Part shown: positions 1-11,800 of the stretch, one piece after another | Layout of the letters: the number at the start of each line of letters is the position of its first letter | Position numbering within the stretch: position 1 is the first letter of the stretch | NCBI GenBank assembly: GCA_016748015.1 | Contig: JAAOMT010000372.1 | Coordinates: 124,001 to 188,000 of the forward strand | DNA: 64,000 bases | From: Geosiphon pyriformis uo1 | Lineage: Eukaryota > Fungi > Glomeromycota | Direction of reading: 5' to 3' | Made by a program: the position numbers and the translations under genes | The notes under the pieces: generated by a model | Told to the model about the DNA's origin: nothing | Database searches by the model: none | What the model saw: only the letters and a program-made list of their open reading frames with translations

Positions 1-290
1 TTTTTTTTTGTTTGCTGAATTCATGACTACTTGCCAGTATTCACTGTCTAGATCCAGTGTTGAGAACCATTTATTTCCTCCAAAAGCATTGAATAGCTTC
101 TGGATTCACAAAGTTGGATAGCTGTCTCTACGAGTAACTCCATTGAGTTTTCTGTAGTCTACACAAAATCTGATCTTTCTATTCTTTTTCTGGATGAGTA
201 CTACTGGTGATGACTATGGGCTCATAGATGGCTGAATTAGCCTGTTGTCAAGCATTCAGTTGATTTTATGGCTGGCTGGTGGTACTCTGT
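1..290 (-). pseudogene. Reverse transcriptase N-terminus (family A)
   Basis: Manual translation LIQPSMSP*SSPVVLIQKKNRKIRFCVDYRKLNGVTRRDSYPTL*IQKLFNAFGGNKWFSTLDLDSEYWQV; in-frame stops. Confidence 0.9.
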
Positions 291-885
291 ATGCTTGTTG
301 TTTAATTGGCATAGCATCTCCAGTCTTGATCTGATATTAGATGATGTCAGTTCTGCCAAATTTGTTTTCGCTAGTGAAGATGTCATTGAAGTTGTTGAGT
401 AATATCTTGAGTTGCATATGTTGGAGTGGATCCAAATTTCCAATGTTTATTTGTTCTAATTGTTTTGGTTGGAGCAAATAACATTCATTTCATCTGTAGA
501 TTGTTTATGATATAATATCCACATATTCACATAGCTGTGGAAAATCTGGAATAATGCTTGGTGGTTGATTTTCTAATTCAGAGCTCAAGTATCCAATGAT
601 AGTTCCTTCTGGTATTGTAATAGCATCTCCTATTGTGTTGTAAATGGGAATTTTGATATGGTTGTGGCTTTTGGCTGGTATGTGGAAATTAATGAATCCA
701 ATCTTTCCTGATTCACAAAGGCTTGTTTCTGCTTCAAAAATCTGATCCTTATCTTTCACTTTTCTCTCTATAACTACCATGTACTGGTTATATAATGGAA
801 TAGAAATTACTTAACCAGTTGAGATAATTTTTTCTTGGTCAGTAATTTCTTCTTCTGTTATATTGACTGGTACATTTATTCTATT

Positions 886-1310
886 CATGGATCCAAATCC
901 CTGTATTTCTCTAGCTGTTATCCCTAATTCTTCCTTTTTTCCCACTGACACTAATTGAACTATTTTCACCAGAGGTAAGAATATTGCTTGTGCTATCTTT
1001 TCATTTGGCTCTATGATATAGATCTTTTCTGAGTCATTTTGTAGCATTGTCATGATATTTTCTATGTATTCTGTGTTAATTATTTTTCTCCTAATGTTGA
1101 TTCCCTTTTTTGCTAAACTACTCCTAAATGCTAATTGAACCATTGTTGTTGCTGAGATTTCCAGTGCTATTTTGAGGTCAATGCATGTGCACGAATGTGG
1201 TTCCAATTTGATGGCATTTTTGCCTAAATATCTCAGATCAAACTTAGCATCAGTATTATGCATGTATTCTGACATAATACCTTCATTGTTATCGCTAAAC
1301 CATTTAAGTT
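886..1310 (-). pseudogene. dUTPase domain within pol (family A)
   Basis: All five trimeric dUTPase motifs recognisable in ORF 811-1587: AKFDL, RSSLA, IINTEYIENI (degraded IDxGYxG), EKIAQAI, REIQGFGS. Confidence 0.85.
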
Positions 1311-2519
1311 CCTGTTTCTTTGTGAGGTCAGGGAGTGCAATATATTGTTCATAGTTTGAATCGGAATTTGAATTTGAGTTATTTTTATCACCATATTGAA
1401 TGGAGTTGGAACTGTTGTTTTTGTTATCGTCATTGTCGGAGTTTGAATCAGAATTGAAAATTGATTTTGATTCTGATGTACAGTTGCAGATTGGTTTTTC
1501 TTCCTCTGAAATTGTGTAGATTATGTGTGGTGGTGGATTGTAAATAAGGTCACACTTATTACAATATTGAAAGTCACATGAAATCAAACAGTGATTACAT
1601 AGTTAAATGTTGATTTCTTCCAAGTGTTGCTTCTGCTCTTTTCTTGTAGGTGCTAGCTCTTGATAATATTCATAGAATTGTTCTGGATCTAGGAGATTTA
1701 TGACTGGTTCTGGGTCTCAGTTGAGTTCTATAGGTTCAGGTGGGTTATTTTTAATTGTTTTTATCTCTTCTGATGTCATTCCTTCAATTTTGCTGAGTGC
1801 CATTCGCCAGATTTCATCATCATTATGTGGACATCCATCCAGATGTTTGACGGCTTGTCTCCAGACAGTGTCTATGGGCATTTTTTTCTTCACCCAGTCA
1901 CTTATGAGAATCATGTATTGACACGATTCATCGCACATTCCTCCTTGCCCAGAAATGTTGTTTCATATTCTTTCATCCAGAAGAGTTTTTCCACAAGCCA
2001 AGCATGGTTCATTGTTCTATTTCCCAACCTATTTTGGTCTTCCAAAGCATTTAATGATGCATAGGCAGCAGTAGAATTTTGTTGCCAAAGTGTACTCCTC
2101 ATCATTACCACAATAAGCGCTCATTGATAACAATTTCTTGCCACAATTGATACATACCAGTTTTGGGTGGCAATAAGTAGATTAGTGTTATGTAGTATAA
2201 GTGTAGGAATTAGAATAAGTGGTGTTGGTAGGTGTTGTTTCTTCTTCCTTCTCTTTTCTCTTTTTCTTATCATTTTCTTCTTCTCATTCCCAGTTTGGTG
2301 TTGGCTCATTTTCATTGTTGTCAGTCCAGATCAGATTGTCAGTTTCTCAGGTAGGTTCTTTTCTTTGCTTTCTCTTTACGTTGTTGTCCCATGAAAGTAT
2401 TGGTGGCAGCTCATTGTGGTCTTTGTCAGTTCACAAGACTTGATATGCCTTCCATGTTGGCTTTGACTTCTCTTCCTCGAAGTCAATGAGTGGTGCTGGT
2501 ATGTTGGTAGTCTTGAAAT

Positions 2520-2910
2520 GGCCACACGTGGCTGGTACATGTGTGTGTTGACCATTCTGGCTGAGTTAGAGTTCCTGTGTGTTCCAATCAAGAGTGGCAT
2601 TTGTTTTGGACAGCCAGTCATTACCAATTAGAGCTTGGTATTAGATGGCTTCTATTACTAGTACCTTGATTGGTACAGTGATGCTGTTGATTTCAATGAG
2701 GAAGTCATCAATTTCTCCAATGGGTGTTTTAGTCACTCTATTAGCAGTTATAATCCTGGTGCTGGCAGCGTGATCAACTCGGCAACCTAATTGGTTCATA
2801 AGTTGTTTTGTAATGATGCTGCCTGCTGATCTACTGTTTAGGATCAGTTTAATGAAATAGCCATCAACTTTCACATCTGTATACATAGTAGTGATGGGTT
2901 TCTCTTTGAG
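2520..2910 (-). pseudogene. Aspartic protease (family A)
   Basis: 'TMYTDVKVDGYFIKLILNSRSAGSII' = degraded LDSGS motif; downstream 'VPIKVLVIEA'. Confidence 0.8.
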
Positions 2911-3519
2911 TGTGGCTTCACTGAACAAGAGTGTGGCTGATGGTTCTTCGAGTTTGAACAAAAAAATGGCACCCAAAGATTTATTCTTAGTAATCGTAGC
3001 AGATGGGATGTTGTTGGTAAGCGTTGATTATTAGTTGGTCTCTGAATTATTGGGTTGCGCATCTTTTGTAGTAACCAGAAAACTTAAATAGTTCTGGGAA
3101 TTTGGGTTTTGGGCATATCCAGTGCCCGAATTCTATTGTTAAGATCCTGTTGGTTGTGTGAAAGAACTGGAGATTGGTTGGTGAACTACCATTGATGATC
3201 TTCAGCTTTGTTGAGTCAATTTTGGCCTTTGAATTCCATTTTGAAGTAAGTTCTGTGGTGGTGTTTGAATTTGTTGGGGCTGATAGACTACTTGAAGCTG
3301 CGGCTAATAAATAGATTGTAACTATGGCTGATAAATTGTCGGTGTTGTCAGTTGATAAATTGGCACTTGATATACTGGTGGATGATAAAGTGGCTGCTGG
3401 GTCATAGGTATGTAATTCTAATGATATGGCTCTGAGTTTGGTAGGTTATTCGGAATTTGAAACTGGCGATTAGGATTTCAATATTGATTTTCTGATCATT
3501 GATTATTTAAGCGATGATG

Positions 3520-5220
3520 GCAATTGATTTGTAGGTGTCCTTGTTTATTACAATAGTGGCAAACACATGTTTCTTGTTGCCACTGTTGATTGGTTGACAA
3601 TGATAGATGCAACTGATTCTGAAAACAATTCGTGTTTCTGGAATTATTGCATCATTGTGGTGATTGATAAATTACATGATTGTCAGTTAAGTATCCCTCT
3701 AATTTCTGATTGATAGAATCACTAAATTGTTTCAATTTGGAATTCAATTCAGATAATCTATTCATTATTAGGTTAATAGTTTGGGCATAATTAGCTTTGT
3801 GTTCAGTGGCTTCAAAATCTCGGGTGTTTGTGATGGCTGCTTGTAGATCAATAAGATGCAATGGATGTATGCGTTGCAGGATGCTACTGCATAATCCGCG
3901 AATAAACTGATTTAGGATCTGGGCCACTGTGAAATAATTGGTGTTGATAACTTGAATCTGGTGCAGATTCCTATGGAAGTATCCTAAGTAAGTAATAACT
4001 GCTTTATTTTCTTCTTGTTTGATGGTAGTGAATGTGTTTGCTAGCCTGTTAATACTGTTATTGTTGCTGAAGTATCTTAAAAACTCAATTTTGAATGCAT
4101 TGAAATCTTGCAGTTTGTTGACCAGACTTTGGTACCATAAATTGGCAGTATTCTGGAGAAAATATGGGATGACTTGTATGGCTCTGATGTCATTCCATCC
4201 ATTAGCTGCAATGGCTTTCTCTATATCATTTAGCCATACTTGGGCATTATCCTCTTTACTGGTGAATTTTTCGAGTTTGGCTATTGGTGTGTATACCATT
4301 GGATCTAAGTTGGGTTGTGGTTGCTGCTGAATTTGTTGTTGAGATAGTGGTTGTGGTTGTTGTTGCTGTTGGGCATTTGGTGGAGCTAGTGGTAGATTGA
4401 TCATGATTACTGGAAGTAAGTGCTGATTAATTATGTCAGGGTTTTGATTATTCTGATTTTCCAGAGTTTGATTAACCAGAGTTTTAATTTCTAAATGTTC
4501 TAGAATCAGGTTTTGCTTATTAACTTCCTGATCGCTACTCTTTTTTTCCTTGGAGTTGGTTATTTCCCAAGGACTAATGGCTCCGAAATCTGGTTGTGAT
4601 GGTGGTGATTGAATTCCAGATGGTGTTGAGGATCATGATTTAAATTTTTCAAAATAATTGCCATATGTTCCTAATAACTCTGCCTTCTTTTGTTTACTTT
4701 GGAATGAGATTCTGTTTAGTAACGTTGTCACACTTGTGGTAGCTGTGTTTATTATATTGATAGTGCTTCCAGATGTGTGGTAATATGATGGATTAGCAGG
4801 TCAATCAAATCTTTGTTTCTTCCAAGTGGGTAGTTGGATTTGCTTTGGTGTTCCTGTTGATGTTTGTAGCCTTCCTTTGCCTTTGTCTGCAAAAGTGATA
4901 GGAAATTTCTGTTTGGTGTATTTTTCAATTTCCCTGTTTATTTTTGTAATTAGAAGTGCAAATAGGTAATTTTGTAGAAGGGTAATGCTTTAGAGTAATT
5001 TACTAAAGAAGTTGTTGAAGGCAAATTCTGGATCTCCTTGGCCTCCCAAGTAATATACTATTCTTTTATTGACATAGCAATTGAAAGCTGATTTGGCTGG
5101 CCAACTATTATTTGTTAATCTGAGATAAGTGTAATAGTATTGGAATAAGAATTTTGCAAATCCTAAATGGTTTGTTCCTATTTCTTCGGATTCTGCTATT
5201 GTTTGGATAATTATGATTGG
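3520..5220 (-). pseudogene. gag (family A) with N-terminal extension, capsid-like region and CCHC knuckle
   Basis: ORF 3652-4404 resembles retrotransposon gag; CHYCNKQGHLQINC at ~3520-3562; boundaries approximate. Confidence 0.8.
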
Positions 5221-5243
5221 TGCTGTTTTCTGTAGAATTAGTA

Positions 5244-5260
5244 CCTCACAGAGAGCACCA
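5244..5260 (-). promoter_or_regulatory. Primer-binding site (family A), TGGTGCTCTCTGTGAGG
   Basis: Starts with TGG, 2 nt after the LTR end; complementary to a tRNA 3' end (...CCTCACAGAGAGCACCA). Confidence 0.85.
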
Positions 5261-5262
5261 AA

Positions 5263-6141
5263 TGTTACAGATAATTATTTGGAGTCTCAAATCAAATAAC
5301 AAATCCATAACTTGGTGCTCAATATCTTGACAATGTTGGTGATGTTGGTTGTATTTGAAGGTTTTAGAGTTGAGTCTTTTGTATAATAGACAGAGATTCT
5401 TTGTCGATGTTATTCACAGTTTTCTTGTAAGTTGTTTCCCAATTTCTTTCTTAGCTTGGTGGCCGGATTTATTCTGGCATTTGTGCCCTTCTGGTAAGCT
5501 ATCCAATAATATATATATAATTCTACCCTTATTTCTGGGTCTTTTACCAGGCTATCTATGACGTCAATAACTCAGTGCTTTAATTTTCAATCAAGTTTTA
5601 GTAAACAACAAAATCAAAATAAAGAAAATAAAAATGAAAAGAAAGAAAATAAAAGAATGAGCCAAGGTGATGAACAAGTTAGTATCCCATCAATAGCCAT
5701 GATCAAGAGCTATTGGTCCAGTGTAGTTAAGTATCAGTTACTATCAACATGAAGTGTTAATAGTAGAGAGTAAATGGAGATATGAAATAATTATTTATTT
5801 GATGATTATAAATTGGAAAGTTGTTTAGATGAAATCTAGACTGAGAGGTTTTTTTAACTACTGGGTTCTCTTTTTTCTACTTCTAATGTTACCATTATAT
5901 ATACATAATTGATGTTCTATAAGATCACTTATATTCTCAAGCAATGTGCTATAATTTCTTGAGCAATGCTCACATTGCTAAGCAATGTATCCTAATTTCT
6001 GACATTGCTTCACATTTTTGAACAATGTGTTATGTTTTTCTGATATTGCTCTATATTGCTGAGCAATGTGTTCATGTGCTAAATACTATTCACTTATTGG
6101 TTTATTATTTTTCTATATCTGTTTTCTTTTCATAAGTAACA
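5263..6141 (-). repeat. 5' LTR of family A (~880 bp)
   Basis: TGTTAC at 5263 next to the PBS, GTAACA ending 6141; the outer boundary is inferred from the inverted terminus only. Confidence 0.65.
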
Positions 6142-6570
6142 GTGATCAACAATCTTCTGGTAAGTAATTTATAATTTTTGTACATGCTTTATCCATTTGC
6201 AGGAGTCTTTTACCAGGCAATCCTTGACATCAATAATTCAGTGCTTAATCCTTAATCAATTTAGTAAACAACAAAAGAAATAACAATAGAAAAAAAAAAA
6301 AAACAATGAAATAAAAAAAATAAGCCAAGACAATTTTTTCAAGTTAGTATTCTATTAATAGCCATGATCAAGAACTATTGTTTTAGTGTGATTAAGTATG
6401 AATTACTATTAACATGAAGTGTTGATAGTAGAAAGTAGATTGAGATAGTAAATAATTATTTATTAATATTTGTGATATAAAAGATTGCTTAGATCAAATC
6501 TAAACTAAAAGGTCTGTTTTTTTACTTCTAATACTACTGCTATATATACATAATTGAATTTCTTAATTTC
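6142..6570 (-). repeat. Fragment of an older, related family-A-like LTR
   Basis: 6200-6560 is a diverged copy of ~5535-5910 (tcttttaccagg...tcagtgctt...gccatgatcaaga...aacatgaagtgtt). Confidence 0.7.
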
Positions 6571-6582
6571 TCAATTCTTCAC

Positions 6583-6721
6583 ACCAGGAATCCTGGACTT
6601 TCTGGAATCCTGGAATTTTTTTGAAAGGAATTCTGGAATTCTGGAATTCTGTGATTCCTTGTATGAGAATTCTGAAATTTCTGGAATTCTGTAATTCCTT
6701 TGATAAGAATTCTGGAATTTC
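6583..6721. repeat. Degenerate 8-9 bp minisatellite (TGGAATTC/TGGAATCC)
   Basis: ggaatcctgg, ggaattctggaattctggaattctg etc. Confidence 0.8.
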
Positions 6722-6769
6722 ATATTTACTATTGTCACTTCTGATTGGCTAAAAAACAATGAAGTAGAA

Positions 6770-8805
6770 AATTTGAACATAAATAAGATGAACTATTTTA
6801 TATTCATAAAATTTTAGACAATGGATCATACAAGTTAAGACTTGATGACAAAGTACTAGCAAAAGTTGCACATGGAGATTAATTAAAACATTATTATTTC
6901 AGAAACAATCTTGAACTATTAATTCCACAAATTGATATACATTCCCCTTTAATTAATCCTGAAAATATTCCCTAAAATTTAGAACCAATAGTTATAATAG
7001 AACAACAATCAAACTTGAATACTTAATTTAACATTTTTACAAATAACTCCTTTAAAAATACACAAAACATAAAACAAAAATAGTAAATAATTACAAAAAA
7101 TACTTAAATCCAAAAACAAATAAAACTTGATACCCAAAAATAATTTTTCTTATTCTTTTTAAAATTTTATTATTTAGTCATTTTTATTATGATTATTTCT
7201 TGGAATATTCAACAAATATTCCAAAAATTAATGTTAACCTTGAAAACACTTTCTGACTTATCCATAATAAATAATAAAAGTCAAATTAATTACATTCAAA
7301 AAAACCATAACACCAATAGTAAATAATTCTCAAAATTATCACCCTTATAGAAAAAAAACAAGAGGATACTCTGGAAATCAATTACCAGAACTTTTGAAGC
7401 AAGCATTAAAAAAAAACTTTTTATTGACTTCTATTAATATTTCACCAAATACCACAATCTAACAAAAACTTTTACTACTTTTCAATGAACAAAACAATGA
7501 CCATACCCTTATTTATAAATATTTTTATATTGGAAAAACACTTTATAAATAAAAACTAGAATTTACAACAACAAACCTCACTTCTGAAGCTATATAAAAA
7601 CAAATTTACAATAAATTCAAGACAGCAGCTGGACCAACAAATACTTGCTATAAACTTAGAACTGCATTTAGACTTTATGATTTATTCAACACTTGTAAAA
7701 ATGTCTTACAAAATCCAATACTTTATTCAATGAAGATTCAATATATTAGAAAGCTTACAGAACTGAAATTTCAACAATTTTTAGACCAAATCACTTTAAT
7801 TATTTTGGACTACTATCTTGATATTACAAATAGTGCTTGGATTTTAACAAAGCTCAGTTTTGAGGAGAAGATTATGTTACTAGTAGAATTTTAACTATTA
7901 ATTAACATGAAATTATTCTTATAATTTTTATTATTAATTAGCATATATTATTATTATTTCAATTATTATTTATTATTTAACCAAATTATCAAATATTATT
8001 ATTTAATTAATAACTCAATTTGTACCATAGAAATTAAGATGATCAAATTACACAATACTCTGAACCATTTAATATAGTCAAAATTCGCCAAAATTGATGA
8101 AAATTTGCCGAAATAATTAATAGTTTGTAGAAATAACTTGTAGTTTACCAAAATGTATCTTTAATTTACTGAAATTAGAGCAAAAAGAAAGGTGCAAGTT
8201 CAAAGACTAGTATTACAACAAATTATATAAAAGAAGAGCTTTTCTTTTCAAGAAAATGTATCTTCCCATAGTGTCTTACTATAGTATCTTATTTTAAATA
8301 TTTTAATTAGAACAAATTATCTTTTATACATCTTAAATAAAAATTAAATATTCAAAAACCAAATTCTTTAAATTGTTATACTTGAAATTTTCTTAACACA
8401 ACTACCAATTTTAGCAATTTGTTAGTAACTCTAGGCCTGGATAGAAAACATTTTCTTTAACACAATTCTATTTCTTTTACTTTTCTTATCATAATTATTA
8501 GGATAGTCTACAGACAAAATTCCTGTAGAAGAGTTGACTTTCACAGCAAAGTAACTATACATTTTTAGTGAGCTTTTAGATGAGCAATTCTTGAAAAAGA
8601 GTTGATATTTATTACAATGTAACTACACAAAGTAACTGGGATGGAATTGGTTATTTTACTTATAAGTTTAGCAGTTCAAATTATAGAAGATAATTTGAAG
8701 ATAAATTCAGTTATTGGAGGTTCAACTGCTTTCAGAAAATATAAAATTAGCAACAAACAAACAGTAACAACATTCAAAAAAAAAGACCAAAAACCTCCAG
8801 TAACA
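6770..8805 (+). mobile_element. Gypsy family C 3' fragment: integrase C-terminus, extra ORF, PPT, 3' LTR (7875-8805)
   Basis: 6781-6925 reads K*DELFYIHKILDNGSYKLRLDDKVLAKVAHGD*LKHY (GPY/F-type integrase tail); PPT gaggagaagatta then TGTTACT at 7875; AGTAACA ends at 8805. Confidence 0.75.
7331..7894 (+). pseudogene. Post-integrase accessory ORF of family C (C-terminal part)
   Basis: One frame with three TAA interruptions: ...FLLTSINISPNTTI*QKLL...YKYFYIGKTLY...YKLRTAFRLYDLF...IRKLTELKFQQFL...KLSFEEKIMLLVEF*; crosses the PPT. Confidence 0.65.
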
Positions 8806-11800
8806 ATGGCTTAAAAAAGCCAAAGTCTTACTTAACTATAAATTTTGTGAGTTAATTATTAAATGTGGTAAGAAGTCTATTGTAGTTAAGTATCATTATT
8901 GGACAACTCTGCCAATATCCAAGCAAAAAAAACAATTAGATAAATCAGATGATAAAGAAAGCAATAAAGAAAAAAATAAAAAAGAACAAAAAAAAACTGT
9001 TGAACTTATCTATATTATTTTTACTAACAATAACAAGCCAATAGACAATGTTAAAACTGACAAAAAAAGAATTATTATAAATGGCAAGCTAATTTGTTGG
9101 TCATATTATGACATACTCAAAAGAATTTTTAACAGAAAATCTGACAAAAAAACCAAATACAGTTATTGGTAGTATAGTTCTTGTGTCTAGTACTGGTGCA
9201 ATAAGCCATTGTATTCTTCCAATAATGAATACAAATTCTGTCTAATCTATTACAAAGATTGAGAATCTATTAGCTTAATACCAAAAAAAAATACAAGAAG
9301 TGCAAAAGTCTTTTAAAAATAAATAATCAGAAATACAGTCATTAATAATAAAACAAAAAAAACTTTCTTCAGAAGAAAAAAAGATAGACATTGAAAATCT
9401 GTTGGCTAGAAACAGTCCAGTTATCTCAAAAAAAATAATATCTTTGAACATATCTATGTAATACAACATACTATTATCACTAAAAAAACTTGTTTTATTT
9501 ATCTAAATTTTATCAGTCCAATTATTATGATAATAAGTTTATTAAAAAAAAAATAAACCAGATGAAAAATTTTGAATTTATACAAGAAACCAAAAGTAAA
9601 TAAGCTTTTTCAGTTGTAGTAATATTCAAAAAAGATAAAACTTTACACTTCTGTGTTAATTACTGTTAATTAAATACCATTATTAAAAGAAACATATATT
9701 TATTTTCTAAAATTAATGCAATATTAAACCAATTCAATAGTGCTGCTTTCTTCTTAACTATCAACTTAACTGCCAAATTTTAACAAATAGAGATGAATTT
9801 AAAAAGCAGAAAAAAAACTATTTTTATTATTAAATATAATACTTACAAATTTATAATTATGTCTTTTGGTCTTACCAATGTTTTTTTCACTTTTTAATGC
9901 TTAATAAACAAAGTATTTAAATCAGTAAAAGAAAACTTTGTTCTAGTCTATTTAAACAACATAATAATATATTCAAAAACCTAATATAAATATTTTAAAC
10001 ATTTACAAAAGATTTTTGATCTTTTTATAAATATTGATTTCAAGATTAACTCAATTAAATCTTTCTTTGAACAATAATTTACATAGTTCTTTGGACATTT
10101 TATTACAAAAGATGAAATTTTTTCTGATCCTGCCAAGATTAAAAAAGTCCAAAATATTAAATAGTTAATAAATATTCATAAATTATGCTTTTTCTTTGGT
10201 TTGGTATTTTATTATCACAAATTTGTTAAAAATTTCTCCAAAATTGTCTTTCCTTTTAATTAGCTACTCAAAAAAACTGTCAATTATTACTGAGGCATAT
10301 ATTAACAAAAAGCTTTTGAAACTTTGAAGAAAAAACTAATTATTAAATCAATTTTCAAGCAATCTAATCTGAATCAATCTTTTATTTTCTATATTGATAT
10401 ATTTGGCTTTGGACTTGATACTGTTCTATTATAAAAAAATAAAGATAATAAAAAGCATGTTATAGTATATGTTAGCTGATTTCTCTTTTCAGCAGAACAG
10501 AATTACTTAGTCACAAAATAGAAATACTTAGCAGTAGTATAGTCTACCAACTACTGAAGTTAGTATCTTCTTGGTATAAAGTTTTTGGTAATAACAAATT
10601 ACCAAGCTTTGGTTTGGCTGTGTAACAAAAAGAAGCTAAAACACAAATAAATAATTTACTGAATACTTTATCTAAATAAATTTGACTGTAACATTTAATA
10701 TTACAAAAGAGCAAATTATCAAAATACTAATACTCTTTCTAAACTTACCATCCAATAACAGTACAATTTTTTCAAATCAGACCAACCTAATTATTAGTAA
10801 TTTTTCTTTTAATAAACACAATAATAGATATGAATAACTATTCTGCCTTAATAGAATTTCTGAGTAAAAAATAATATCCACCAGACTATATTCAACAGCA
10901 AAAAAAATATTTGTGCAACAATTAAATTTCTATTTAATCTACTAGAGTCAACTTTACAAAAGAAATAGAAAAAATTTTAACTGTTTTCAAAGAGTTATTA
11001 AATTTGAAGAAAAAAAATTGTAATTTATAATATGTACACTAATTCATTAATTAAACACTTTGAAAAAACAAAAACAATTTAAAAAACCTTAGCTCACTAT
11101 TATTGGCTTATTTTGAAAAAAAACATTGCTAAATACATTAAAACCTGTAATATCTGCCAAAGAAAAAAGAAACCCAATTGCAAGAAAAATATTTATTCCA
11201 TTTCTATTGACCAACTATTTGACAAAATTGGCATAGATATTGTTGGATCTTTAACAATAATTCCTAATAACAACAAATATATTATTACAATTACCAATTA
11301 TTTTACAAAGTAGATAAAAACAAAAGCTATTTCAGACTAAACAACAGTCTCTATAGCCAATTTTATTTATAAAAATATTATTTGCTATTATGACTGCTTC
11401 AAAAAACTTTTATTTGATAAAAAAAAAAATTTTCTTAGTATATTAGTTAAAAAACTTTGCAGAAAAATATAAATATATTATAAACTTTATTTTTTACTAT
11501 TTTTAACAAATGGTCTAGTAAAATGTTTTAACAGAAAACTATGTAAAACATTAGCCAAAACCAGTAAAGAAACAAACTTATAAAACAAAGTATTGCTTTC
11601 AGTTTTATTTGCTTATAAAACTGTGAATCATAATATAACAAGTTATAAACCTTTTTATCTGCTCTATAGATAAATGACAACTTTACCAATAAAAACTAAT
11701 ATTGAAACAATACTATTTGAAAAAATCACAATAAAAAATTACAAAGATATTTTGCAAAGAAGACTTGATACTATTCTTGACTTCTTAGTAAAAACATAAA

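Larger units (their letters stand above)
1..6141 (-). mobile_element. Ty3/Gypsy LTR retrotransposon family A, 5' part (LTR-PBS-gag-PR-Cys-rich insert-dUTPase-RT start), degenerate; runs off the window start
   Basis: Minus-strand domain order; LTR with TGTTAC...GTAACA termini; PBS; gag 'KLEKFTSKEDNAQVWLNDIEKAIAANGW'; RT 'SSPVVLIQKK..IRFCVDYRKLN'. Confidence 0.9.
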
